Below, one piece after another: positions 27,610 to 37,776 of a stretch of DNA of 64,000 nt. Position 1 is the first letter of the stretch. Every line of letters begins with the position of its first letter. Origin of the DNA: an uncultured Actinomycetota bacterium (GTDB lineage: Bacteria > Actinomycetota > Actinomycetes > Mycobacteriales > CADCTP01). Below the pieces are notes generated by a model. The model was not told the origin of the DNA and did no database searches. It saw only the letters and a program-made list of their open reading frames with translations. The stretch lies in NCBI GenBank assembly GCA_963785005.1, contig CAWATS010000014.1, forward strand, positions 170,179 through 234,178, read 5' to 3'. Made by a program: the position numbers and the translations under genes.

Positions 27610-29294
27610 AGCGGGCTCTCCAGCAGCTCGATGACCAGCGTGAGCACCACCAGTCCGGCGACCAGCACGGCCAGCAGCAGCCCGATCCGGCGGACGGTCC
27701 AGCGCTGGATCCGGATCGGGGTCGGCCGCTCCGGCAGCAGGTCCAGGAACTCCTCGTGCAGGTCCCGCCCGTGCTGCCGGATCAGCCGGCGCAGCTGCGA
27801 GGGCATCGTGAGCCCGCGGGTGGCGGCGAAGGCCTCCGCGATCTCCTCCTCGGAGAACTGCCGCAGCGCCCGGTCGTACACGGTCCGCGCGTCGCTGCGC
27901 AGCGCCAGGACCAGCATCATGTTGGCCAGGTCGACCGCCTGCCGCCACGGCGACGGGCGCACCTCGGCGAAGGCGGTGTCGATGAGCTTGACCTGGCCGT
28001 CGAGCACCATCACGTTCGCCGGCTTGATGTCGCGGTGCGCGATGCCCGATGTCCCACAGCTGCCGCACGACGAGCAGTCCCTGGTCGATCATCGACTCGT
28101 CGACGTCGACCTCGCCGATCTCCTTCGCCCCGTCGAACAGCGCGGTGACCAGCAGGTACTCCCGCTCCGGGGTGATCTCGACGATGCCGTACGGCTCCGG
28201 CACCGGCAGCCCGCGCCGCGTGCATCAGGTGCAGCACGTAGTCCTCGTACTGGACCAGCCGGCGGACCGTGTTGAACGGCTTCTCGTCCTCCAGCCGGCC
28301 GTAGAGCAGGGTGCGGCCGAGCTTGTACCAGCGGTCCGAGCGCAGGTGGGTGACCGCGTAGAGCTTCGCGAACAGGTACGTCTCCGGCTCGCCCTTGACC
28401 GTGATGCGCAGCGGGGTGGACCCGCCCGAACCCTCCAGGCCGAACGGCTTGACCTCGGTGACGACGACGCCGAGCTGGTCGTTCAGCGCCCGGACCACGG
28501 CCTCGCCGCGGCGGCCGGTCACGTCCAGGTGGGCCGCCCGGCCGCGCCGGTAGGTGACGGGGAAGACGTCGTTCGGGACCAGCAGCCGCCAGCCGGCCAG
28601 CGGGAATCGCGACCCCGAGCACGATGGCGACGAGGTCGTCGCTGACGTGGTCGACGCCCAGGTAGAGCCGGGCCAGCACCACCAGCGCGAGCAGGCCGGT
28701 GACGACCCACTTGCCGCGGTCCCGCAGCCGGCCGTGCGGGACCAGCGCGTACAGGACGTTCACCAGGGTGGCGGCCAGCACGGCGACCGGCTTCGACGGC
28801 ATCGCGAAGCCCTGCCAGTGGCCGATGATCTCGACGCCGAGCGGGCGGGGCCGCTGGATCAGCCCGATGGCCAGGCTGGCGAGGTTGCTGACCAGGAACA
28901 TGGTGCCGATGTAGACGAACAGGTGCCGCCACCGCCGCCAGATCACCATCACCAGCAGGCTCGCCCACCAGGTGAGCAGGATCACCGGGCTGACCGCGTT
29001 GTTGACGGCCCGGAAGACCGCCGTCATCGGGGCGGTGCGCAGCCGCTCGAGCAGCTGCAGCGGGACGGCCTCCAGCGTGTCCAGCCGCACCGTGGTCACA
29101 CCGCTGACCCCGATCAGGATCAGGACGGCCAGCACCGCGCCGGCCAGCGTGAGCCAGAAGCGGCCAGACCTGTTGAGCTGGCGGGGCAGCGGCGGCGCCT
29201 CGCCGGACGGCCGGCGCCGGCGCCGCCCGCGACCCGGCTCGGAGACGGCCCGCGACCGGGCGGCGTCCCCGGTCGAGACCGTGTCTGAGGTCAT
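27606..29294 (-). CDS. PAP2-like membrane domain fused to a kinase-like domain, several frameshifts (~28605, ~28215, ~28040)
   Basis: IQRPRP, AMPS, ARLYLGVDHVSD. Then GSGGSTP..LFAKLY, EKPFNTVRRLVQYE, HRDIKPANVMV..IDTAFAE. Confidence 0.8.
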
Positions 29295-29399
29295 GGACCC
29301 GCCTCACCGGGAGGAGTGCAGCCTCCCGATGCTATCGGCCGCGCCGCCGCCGCTACTAACATGATCCCGCCGGCTGCGCCAGCCCGGGGGAGGCATCGG

Positions 29400-30303
29400 A
29401 TGCGGGTTCTCCGGGTCGCCGCCGGTTGTCTGGTCGCCGTGCTGCTCGCCGCCGGCTGTGCCGGCGGCCGGCCGACGGTCGAGCAGCGGGCTCCGGACGT
29501 GCTGCGGGTGGCATCCTTCGACTTCCCGGAGAGCCGGCTGGTCGCGGAGCTGTACGGGGAGCACCTGCGCCGGTCCGGCTTCCAGGTGGAGGTGCTGGCC
29601 GGCCTCGGCACCCGCGACGTCGTGGCGCCGGCACTGCAGCAGGGCCTCGTCGACGTGGTGGTCGACTACACCGGCAGCCTGCTCGACCACCTCGGCGGCA
29701 GCGTCGCCGAGACGCACGGCCCGCCGGACCAGGTCTACGGGCTGCTCCGAGGAGCGGCTCGCGCCGCGCGGCCTGACCGCCTTGCGGTACGCGGCCGCCG
29801 AGGACGCGAACGGGTTCGCGGTCCGGGTCGCCTTCGCCCGGGAGAAGCGGCTGGCCCGGCTCAGCGACCTGCGCGAGCTGGCCGGCCAGCTGACCTTCGG
29901 CGGCCCGCCGGAGTGCCAGGCCCGCCGCTACTGCCTGCTCGGCCTGCAGGAGACGTACCGGCTGCGCTTCGCGGCCTTCCGCCCGCAGCCGAGCCGGGCG
30001 GCGACGGCGACCGCGCTGGAGTCCGGGGAGATCGACGTGGGCATGCTGGAGACCACCTACGGCCGGCTGGGCGACCGGCGGGTGACGCTGCTGGTCGACG
30101 ACCGCAGCCTGCAGCCGCGGGAGAACCTGGTGCCGGTCGTCCGGACCGACCTGGTGCGCCGGCTGGGGTCACGGTTCACCGGGGCCATGGACGGGCTGAG
30201 CGCCCGCCTCGACACGTCCGACCTGATCCGGCTGAACCGGCTGGGCGCCGTCGATTCCCGAGGCCCGGCGGACGTCGCGGCGAGCTACCTCGACGACCTC
30301 TAG
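29400..30303 (+). CDS. OpuAC/OsmF-like ABC substrate-binding lipoprotein, frameshift near 29745
   Basis: Lipobox LAAGC, VASFDFPESRLVAELY, VDYTGS, FGGPPECQARRYCLLGL, LVDDRSLQPRENLVPVVR. No permease adjacent. Confidence 0.87.
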
Positions 30304-30412
30304 GACCTCGGCCGGACCGCGGCCGGACCTCGGCCGGACCGCGGCCGGACCTCGGCCGGACCTCGGCCGGACCTCGGCCGGACCTCGGCCGGACCTCGGC
30401 CGGACCTCGGCC
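30303..30412. repeat. 10 x 11-bp tandem repeat starting at the stop codon
   Basis: GGACC(T/G)CGGCC x10, followed by inverted repeat GGCCGAGGC...GCCTCGGCC (~30409-30432). Confidence 0.93.
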
Positions 30413-30553
30413 GAGGCCGCGGCGCCTCGGCCTGGCGGGTGGTGTTCCGCTGATCGTCGCCCGCCGTCATGATCCGCTCGCCGGCGATCGTCCGGCAGGG
30501 TCCGCGCCCCGCGGTCGGGTGCTGCCGGAACCCGGTCGTCGCCGCCGGGGCGG

Positions 30554-31253
30554 TCACCGGCGTGGGGCCCGGCGCCGCGCGATGCGGTCGGCCGCGGCGT
30601 CGACGAGCCGCGGGGCGGCGAGCGCGTAGCCGGTGCCGAGGGCGAAGCCGCCGACGATGTCGGAGAGCCAGTGGGCGTTGAGGTAGGTGCGGCTGAGCGC
30701 GGTGGCGCCGGCCAGCGGGATCGCGACGGCCAGGCCGGCCCGTCGGCCCGGTCCGGGCGGGACGAGCGCCAGCACGATGCCGGGGGCTGTCGTCGCGGCG
30801 GCCAGGGCGTGGCCGGACGGGTAGGACATCATCGAGGTGGTCGTCCGCGGGTCGGGCGGGCGGATCCGGTCCACGAACGCCTTGAGCGGGCCGACCGACA
30901 CCTCGCCGAGCACGACGGTCGCCACCCAGCGCTCAGCGCGGCCCAGCGCCGGCGGCGGACCAGCTGAGCGGTCACCGCCGCCCGGACCGACCAGTCGACC
31001 GTGGTGCCGAAGCCGACGTCCAGCGTCCTCGCCGCCGCGGTGAGCGGGGCGGACCGCGATCGCTGGACCAGTGCGTACCAGCGGTCGTCCAGCCGCTGCA
31101 CGGCGGCGCGGGTCCGCGGCACGTGCACCAGGACGGTGATCCCGGCAGCCCGACCCCGAGCAGGCCTGCCGCGGCAGCGTGGTCGATCGGCATCCCGGCG
31201 GACCGCGCCCAGGACAGCCGAGATCGTCCCAGCAGTCCAGCCGCGCCGGCCAC
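30554..31253 (-). CDS. PAP2 family phosphatase, frameshifts near 31140 and 30930
   Basis: KAFVDRIRP (Kx6RP), SYPSGH, SRTYLNAHWLSD. The start is uncertain. Confidence 0.83.
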
Positions 31254-31306
31254 CGGGTCGGCCGGGCCGGCCGCCCGGGAGCCAGGCGGCGCGCTCCGAG
31301 CCGGGG

Positions 31307-33373
31307 TCAGGGCCGTCGGTGGCCGACGAGGGGGAGCACCGGCCCGGCGCCCGCGTCCCCGAGCAGCGCGCCGGCGACGGTCAGGGTCCAGCCGGTGCGC
31401 GCGACGTCGTCGACAAGCAGCACCGGCCCCGCCGGCAGCGGCTGCCCCGGGTCGTGGCTGAACGTGTCGAGCAGCTGCCGGACCCGGGTCGCCGAGGCGA
31501 CGTCGTCCGGCGGCGGCCGACCGCCGACCCGCAGCGCGTCGATCAGCGGGAGTCGGCCGACCTCGGCCAGGTGCTCGGCCATCCCGCGCACCCGGCGCGG
31601 CCGGGACCGGCTGGGCACCGCCACGACCGACGCCGGCCGCTCGTCCCACTCCTTCGACCACCGGCGCAGCACCTCGACCAGCGCGCCGCGCAGCTCCTCG
31701 CTGGGCTCGGCGTCGGACCGGCCCAGCTCGTCGGTCAGCGCCGGCCAGGCCGGGTCGTCCGCGAACGCCACCGCCCGGCCCGGCGCGATGCCGGCGATCC
31801 GGCCCCGGCGGGGGGTCCCGGCCGGCCACTGCCGGCGCGGCTCCAGCACGTGCCGCCGCGCACGCAGGTGCCGGCGGGCCGCGGCGACCCGCGCCTCGCG
31901 CCGGCCGCGGGCCGGGCGGGGGCAGTCGGCCGGTGCAGACCGAGCAACGCCCGCACGGGCCCGGCGGACGGGTCGTCGAGCGCCTCGGTCAGCACCTGCA
32001 TCAGGCACCGGCTGCCGGCCGCGTACGTCCGCATCAGGTCGGCCTCCGCCCGCCGCGCCGCCACCACCCGCCGGTACTTCTCCGCGTCGTAGTGCCACTC
32101 CCGCCCGGTCGCGACCCAGCCCGAGCCGACCCGCTCGACCGCGCCGTCGACCCGCAGTGTCTTCAGCAGCGCGTCGAGCCGGCCGCGGCGCAGGCCGGTC
32201 TCCGCCTCGATCGCCGGGCCGGTCGCGCCGCCGGACTCCCCGTCGCGCGGCAGCAGCGCGAGCACCCGGCGGGCCGCGTCGGGGTCGGGGATCGTCGCGG
32301 TGGCGAAGTAGTCCCAGATCCGCGGGTCGCTCTCCGCCGCGGGCAGCAGCACCCCGACCGCCTCGGCCAGGGCACGGCCGGCCCGGCCGACCTGCTGGTA
32401 GTACGCCACCGGAGAGTCCGGTGAGCCGACGTGCAGGCAGAAACCGAGGTCAGGCTTGTCGTAGCCCATCCCGAGCGCGGAGGTGGCCACCACCGCCTTG
32501 AGCCGGTTGTCCCGCAGCGCGGCCTCGATCCGGGCGCGCTCGTCGGGCTCGGTCTGTCCGGTGTACGCGGCGACGTCGTGGCCCTGACCGCGCAGGAACT
32601 CGGCCAGCGAGGTCGTCTGGTCGACCGTCAGCGCGTACACGATCCCCGAGCCGGGCAACCGGTCGAGCGCGTCCGCGACCCAGGCGAAGCGCTCGACCCC
32701 GTCCAGCCCCGGCGCCACCGCGAGCTGCAGGCTGGCGCGGGCGAGCGGGCCGCGCAGGACCAGGGTGTCCTGGCCGAGCTGGTCGGCCACGTCCGCGGTG
32801 ACCCGCTGCGTTGGCGGTCGCCGTGGTGGCGAGCACCGGGCTGCCGGCGGTGGTCCGGGACAGCAGGTGGGTCAGCCGCTGGTAGTCGGGGCGGAAGTCG
32901 AAGCCCCAGTCGGAGATGCAGTGCGCCTCGTCCACGACCAGCAGCCCGGCCTTGGCCAGCAGCGGCAACGCCCGGTCGGCGAAGCGCGGGTTGGCCAGCC
33001 GCTCGGGTGAGACCAGCAGGACGTCGACCGTGTCCGCGCCGAGCGCGTCGAAGACCTCCTGCCAGTCGTCCACATTGGACGAGTTGACCGTGGCCGCGCG
33101 CAGCCCGGACCGGCCGGCCGCGGCGACCTGGTCGCGCATCAGCGCCAGCAGCGGGGAGATGACCAGCGTCGGCCCGCGCCCGGCCGCGCGCAGCGCCGCG
33201 GTCGCCGCCCAGTACACCGCCGACTTGCCCCAGCCGGTCGCCTGGACCAGCAGCACCCGGCGCCCGTCGACGAGCGCCTCGACCGCCTCGACCTGGTCCG
33301 GCCGCGGCCGCGCGCCCGGGCCAGCCGTCGCCGCCAGCACCCGGTCCAGGTGCGCCCCCGCTCCGTCGCTCAT
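31307..33373 (-). CDS. RecQ-like helicase with C-terminal PRTase-like domain (RqlH type), several frameshifts
   Basis: QATGWGKS, ISPLLALMRDQ, VVDEAHCISDWGFDFRPDY, TTATAN, ATSALGMGYDKPD, YYQQVGRAGR. C-terminal VLLVDDVARTGWTL. Confidence 0.9.
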
Positions 33374-33444
33374 GACCCGGACTCTGCCACCGCCTCCCGA
33401 CAGAAACGCGGCCGCCCGTCCGTCCGACGGGTGATGTACTGGGT

Positions 33445-33576
33445 GTGCTCGAGCGGCTGGAGGCGGAGAAGTCGGCACGCGGTGAGGCGACCGATCGCGA
33501 GCTGATGAGCGCGAGGCTCGACCGCGCCCGCCGGCTGCTGGACGAGGTCCAGGACGCGCTGGAGCGAGGCCGCTGA
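33445..33576 (+). CDS. Small 43-aa charged helical protein (below the ORF-track cutoff)
   Basis: GTG...TGA reading MLERLEAEKSARGEATDRELMSARLDRARRLLDEVQDALERGR. Third positions are almost all G/C. Fills the gap between the RecQ-like and GNAT genes. Confidence 0.62.
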   Translation: MLERLEAEKSARGEATDRELMSARLDRARRLLDEVQDALERGR

Positions 33577-33597
33577 GCCGCCACCGCCGCCGGCTGC

Positions 33598-34599
33598 TCA
33601 GACGTGCCGCTGCCAGCCGGCGGCGGTGGCGACCACCTCGTAGCCGAGGATCTCGTTCACCCGGATCATGTGCTGGTTCGAGGCCGCGTTCCAGGTGTCG
33701 ATCATCCGCAGCTGCGGCTCCGCCTCCCCGAGCCAGCCCAGCATCGACGCCTTCAGCAGCAGCCCGAGCCGGTGGCCGCGGTGCGCCCGCAGCACGCTGG
33801 TGTCGTACTGCCACGCCCGCGCCGGGCGCTCGGCGTCCACCACGACCATGGTGTGGCCGGCCAGCACGCCGGTGGCGCGCTCCCGGGCGACCAGCCGGTA
33901 GACCCGGCGACGCTGGGCGAGCTGGGTCCGCTCGAAGGACCGGATCCGGTCCGCGGTGAAGACCTCGTCCTCGATCTCCAGCGCGTCCGTCGGCGCGTCG
34001 TTGATCGCCCCGGTCATCCGGGCCACGTCCGCGAGCATGTCCTCCGGCGTCGCGCCCGAGATGCGGACCAGCTCGTAGGCCGCCGCACGGTCGAGGGCGG
34101 CCGAGCGCTCGTCCTCGAGCCGCTTGCGGTCCAGGGTCACCAGGTGCTGCCGGCGCTGGACGTCCTCGGACGCCCGCTCCAGGCCCATCGCCAGCAGGAA
34201 CGGCACGCCCGCCGTCGCGTCGAAGCACTCGGCGACGACCAGCGTCCGCCCGGCGGCCCGCACCCGCTCCACGCCGAGGTCGAACAGCCGCCGGCCGAGC
34301 CCCTGCCGGCGCTCGACCGGGTCGACCGTGATGTCGATCTCGGCGAGGTGGGTGTTGTCCCAGCGGGGTAGCGACAGCTCCAGCACACCGGTGATGCGGT
34401 CGTGCTCGTCGCGGACGACCGCCGTCAGGGGCGGGTCGCCGTCCCAGCCGAGCGCCAGGTGCGCGGCCACGGTCGGCGCGAGCGGCGCCGGCAGGTGCGG
34501 CGTGTCCACCGCGCGGGCGGCCTCGAGCAGCGCCGCGACCCCGGCGACGTCCCGCGGGTCGAGCCGCTCCGGATCGAGCCAGGCCACGTCCACGCGCAC
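33598..34599 (-). CDS. Tandem-domain GNAT acetyltransferase
   Basis: VDPVERRQGLGRRL and TSVLRAHRGHRLGLLLK motifs A, plus TWNAASNQHMIRVNEILGY. Confidence 0.9.
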   Translation of the reverse strand: MRVDVAWLDPERLDPRDVAGVAALLEAARAVDTPHLPAPLAPTVAAHLALGWDGDPPLTAVVRDEHDRITGVLELSLPRWDNTHLAEIDITVDPVERRQGLGRRLFDLGVERVRAAGRTLVVAECFDATAGVPFLLAMGLERASEDVQRRQHLVTLDRKRLEDERSAALDRAAAYELVRISGATPEDMLADVARMTGAINDAPTDALEIEDEVFTADRIRSFERTQLAQRRRVYRLVARERATGVLAGHTMVVVDAERPARAWQYDTSVLRAHRGHRLGLLLKASMLGWLGEAEPQLRMIDTWNAASNQHMIRVNEILGYEVVATAAGWQRHV

Positions 34600-34774
34600 C
34601 AGGAAAGCGTGGTCCGTCCGTCGCCGCGACCCATTTTCGGCCCGACCCGGGGCACTGGCTGGAGGAGGGCTGGACGTGTGCAAGGGCCGGCTGGTGAGGA
34701 TGCGTCTGTGCGGCATGGGACAACCGGGCCGCGCGAGGAGTACGAGATGACCTCGCGTCTGGCGAATCCACGCG

Positions 34775-35260
34775 TCACAACGGGCGCAGGTGCTCGATCG
34801 TGACGCGGTGCTGCTCGGTCAGCCGCTGGGCGATCAGCGAGCGGTGGCAGGCCTCTGGGTCGCGCTCGACACAGAGCAGCGCTGCGGTCCCACTGCTCGA
34901 CAGCGCCGACACGATCGGCGTGAGGTCGGCGCGGTCGAGGATCTCGGTGGTGTAGCGGCGGGTGTACTCGACCGCCAGCTCGCGGCGCGAGCGCTTGCCG
35001 ACCCCGCGGCGGTCGTCCTCGGCGTACTGGAGCTGGCGTAGCTCGGTGGATGGGGCGAGTTCGGGGTGGTGCTCGTAGGCGATCCGGGCCTGGGCGAGGG
35101 CCGCCTGTAGCCGGAGTGAGTTCGCCCAGGCGTACTCGGGTCCGCGGACACCGCGGCGCTGGCGTACGTCGAGTAGCAGGCGGACGTCCGCGTGCCGCAG
35201 TCGTTGCAGGAAGGACTCGCCGTCGAAGCCATAGACGCCGATTGTCACCATTCGGAGCAT
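34775..35260 (-). CDS. DUF488 domain protein
   Basis: VTIG, LLLDVRQ, ELAPSTELR, ALLCVERDPEACHRSLIA. Confidence 0.9.
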   Translation of the reverse strand: MLRMVTIGVYGFDGESFLQRLRHADVRLLLDVRQRRGVRGPEYAWANSLRLQAALAQARIAYEHHPELAPSTELRQLQYAEDDRRGVGKRSRRELAVEYTRRYTTEILDRADLTPIVSALSSSGTAALLCVERDPEACHRSLIAQRLTEQHRVTIEHLRPL

Positions 35261-35358
35261 CGGAAATCACCCACCTGCCTGCTGGCCGCCGCGACCTCTA
35301 CCGCTTCGCACGCTGGCCAGGGCATGGTCGACGTCACGAACGTCCCGCCCCGCAACCA

Positions 35359-36384
35359 CTAGCTGTCCGTGACGGTGATCAGCACCTTCCCGACCGCCGC
35401 GGCCTCCACCGCCGCATGCGCCTCCGCGGCGTCGGCCAGCGCGAAGTAGTGCAGCGGCAGCCCGGCCTCCGCGCCGACCCGGACCGCACCGTCGACGACC
35501 GCCGCGTTGACGTCCTCGACGCCGGCGGCCTTGGCGGCGGGCGGCTCGGTGTAGACGAGCACGAACTGCCAGCGCGCGTTCGGAGCCATCAGCGCCCCGA
35601 CCGGCAGCGTCAGCGCCGCCTCGTCGCTCGAGTACGCGGCGACCGCGCCGTAGCGACCGATGACCGCGGCGTCGACCGCGGCGTTCCGGCCCGGCGCCAC
35701 CTCGACGATCGCGTCGACGCCGTGCGGCACGATCTTGCGCACCTCCGCGGCGACGTCCTGCCGCCGGTAGTCGAGCACGTGCGTGGCGCCGGCCAGGGCG
35801 GCGAGCTGCGCCTTGGCCGGGCCGCTGACGGTGGCGATGACCGTCGCCTCCGCCCACCGCGCGAGCTGGATGGCGGCGTTGCCGACCGCGCCGGCCCCGC
35901 CCTGGACCAGCACGGTGCGCCCGGTCAGCGCGCCGCTGTCCAGCCGGTCCGGCATCGCCTCGCCGACGGTGAGGCAGCGGTGCGCGGTCAGGAACGGGAT
36001 GCCGAGGCTCGCGCCGAGGTCGTCCGAGCCGGCCGGCGGGAGCAGCACGGCCTGCCGGGCGGGCACGACCGTGTACTCGGCGGCCGTGCCCCAGGGCCGC
36101 TGCCAGGCCGCCTCCCACATCCACACCGCCTCGCCGATGAGCACCGGGTCGACGCCGTTCCCCACCGCCGTGACCACGCCGGAGCCGTCCTGGCCGGGGA
36201 TCTGCCAGCCGGCCGGGGGCGCGCCGCCGGAGCCGGAGCCCTTGCGGGCCTTCCAGTCCGTCGGGTTCACGCCGGAGACCGCGACCCGGACCAGGACCTC
36301 GCCGGGGCCCGGCTCGGGGACCGGCCGGTCGACGAGCTCCAGCACGCCCGGCTCGCCGGTACGGGTGTAGACGATCGCTCGCAC
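35359..36384 (-). CDS. NADPH:quinone reductase (zeta-crystallin-like MDR)
   Basis: SGVNPTDWKAR, PGQDGSG, VLVQGGAGAVG, GKVLI. Confidence 0.94.
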   Translation of the reverse strand: MRAIVYTRTGEPGVLELVDRPVPEPGPGEVLVRVAVSGVNPTDWKARKGSGSGGAPPAGWQIPGQDGSGVVTAVGNGVDPVLIGEAVWMWEAAWQRPWGTAAEYTVVPARQAVLLPPAGSDDLGASLGIPFLTAHRCLTVGEAMPDRLDSGALTGRTVLVQGGAGAVGNAAIQLARWAEATVIATVSGPAKAQLAALAGATHVLDYRRQDVAAEVRKIVPHGVDAIVEVAPGRNAAVDAAVIGRYGAVAAYSSDEAALTLPVGALMAPNARWQFVLVYTEPPAAKAAGVEDVNAAVVDGAVRVGAEAGLPLHYFALADAAEAHAAVEAAAVGKVLITVTDS

Positions 36385-36438
36385 GGCTGCTCCTCGTCGG
36401 CCGCGTCCGGAGGCGGCCAGCGCCGACCGTACCGTCGC

Positions 36439-37230
36439 TCAGCGGGTGAGACCGCCGGCGACCGCCGGGTCGTCCGCGTCCGCGAGCGCCCGCAGCAGCG
36501 CGAGCACGTCGTCGACGGCCCCGCGCAGGACCGGCACCCGGCCGAGGCCGATCAGCTTGACCACCAGCGGGACGGCACCCTCGACCAGCAGCCGGGTCTT
36601 CGCCGCGCCGGGGGAGCGGTCGTGCACCCAGTAGAGGATCACGCCCATGTGGAAGAGCCACAGCAGCCCAGGCAGCTCCTCCCGCAGCGCGGCCGGGATC
36701 TTCGCTCCGGACCCGTCCAGCACCGTCGCGAAGAAGCGGGTCGCCTCGTCCCGGGCCGGCCCGCTCTGGCCACTGAACGGGGACAGCGGGCTGGCCGGGT
36801 CGGCCGCGACCTTGAAGAAGCTGCCGGCGAAGGCGTGGTACGGCTCGATGACGTCGACGTGCGCGAGCAGCACGACGCGCAGCCGGTCGGCGAGGTCGCG
36901 GCGACCGGCCAGCCGCCGCTCCGCCAGCGCCCGGTGGGCCCGGCCGATGTCGTCGTAGAACGCCTGGATCAGGTCTTCCTTGGAGCGGAAGTAGTAGTAC
37001 GCGTTGCCCACCGAGACCCCGGCGGCGGCGGCGATCGCCCGCATCGTGGTGGCGTCGTAGCCCTGGTCGCGGAACATGCCCAGCGCGGTGGCGAGGATGC
37101 GCGACCGGGTCTGCTCGCCCCGGGCCGACCGCGGCTCCGGTCCCGGACCGGGTGGCTCCGCGGAGCCACCGGCGCCCCCAGCGGCCGCGAGGCCGGACGC
37201 CGGGTCGGTCACGGGGTCGAGCGTAGCCAT
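36439..37230 (-). CDS. TetR family transcriptional regulator
   Basis: QGYDATTMRAIAAAAGVSVGNAYYYFRSKEDL HTH. Confidence 0.94.
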   Translation of the reverse strand: MATLDPVTDPASGLAAAGGAGGSAEPPGPGPEPRSARGEQTRSRILATALGMFRDQGYDATTMRAIAAAAGVSVGNAYYYFRSKEDLIQAFYDDIGRAHRALAERRLAGRRDLADRLRVVLLAHVDVIEPYHAFAGSFFKVAADPASPLSPFSGQSGPARDEATRFFATVLDGSGAKIPAALREELPGLLWLFHMGVILYWVHDRSPGAAKTRLLVEGAVPLVVKLIGLGRVPVLRGAVDDVLALLRALADADDPAVAGGLTR

Positions 37231-37249
37231 CCGTCGCGCCGACGGCGGC

Positions 37250-37648
37250 TCAACGCGGCGACGCCGGGTGCTGGTAGACCGGCGCGGCCGCGAACAGGTG
37301 CGCGTCCTGCCGCTGCCGGCGCACCTTGCTGAGCACCAGCACGTTGAACAGGTGCAGCAGGCCGATGGTGACCAGGACCAGCCCCAGCTTCCGGCTCAGT
37401 GCCTCGATGGCCTCGGTCGCGGTGGCGACCGGCGCCTCGGTCCGCAGCGCGAGCGAGACCAGCCCGAGGTTCACCAGGTAGAAGCCGACCACGAGCAGGT
37501 GGTTGACGCTGCGGGCGAGGTCGGTCCGGCCGTCGAAGACGTCGGCGAGGAAGACCGACCCGTTGGTGAACAGCGTCCGGGCCACCCACAGCGTGAGGCC
37601 CACGCTGAGGGCCAGGTAGAGCAGGTACATCGCCGTCTTCCAGTCCAC
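37250..37648 (-). CDS. Conserved 3-TM membrane protein co-transcribed with the TetR gene
   Basis: AAGGAGG RBS. VARTLFTNGSVFL, SVNHLLVVGFYLVNLG. Confidence 0.85.
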   Translation of the reverse strand: MDWKTAMYLLYLALSVGLTLWVARTLFTNGSVFLADVFDGRTDLARSVNHLLVVGFYLVNLGLVSLALRTEAPVATATEAIEALSRKLGLVLVTIGLLHLFNVLVLSKVRRQRQDAHLFAAAPVYQHPASPR

Positions 37649-37660
37649 CGGAGGTCCTCC

Positions 37661-37710
37661 TTTGAACGCGTTCAGAATTGCTCGCCCGGAGCATACTGAA
37701 CGCGTTCAAA
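37661..37710. promoter_or_regulatory. Paired palindromic operators, probably for the adjacent TetR
   Basis: TGAACGCGTTCA at 37663-37674 and 37697-37708. The 15-mers TTTGAACGCGTTCAG and CTGAACGCGTTCAAA are reverse complements. Confidence 0.8.
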
Positions 37711-37776
37711 TTACGGAAGGGGGTCAATGCCGCCCCGGAGCGGCGAACGGACCCGGGATGAGGGAGGCTGGGATGC

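Noticed and set aside
30303-30412. Possible CRISPR array
   Set aside because: Contiguous 11-bp units with no unique spacers, and no cas genes in the window.
22800-33000. Cluster of frameshifted genes suggesting a decaying island or programmed frameshifting
   Set aside because: The breaks are single-base indels in GC runs, catalytic motifs are intact, I saw no in-frame nonsense codons, and similar breaks occur across the window (about 7350, 15180, 46350, 47780, 60045). Long-read consensus error is the simpler explanation.
37661-37710. Additional SOS boxes
   Set aside because: GAAC and GTTC are separated by 2 nt rather than 4, so these fit a TetR operator and not LexA.
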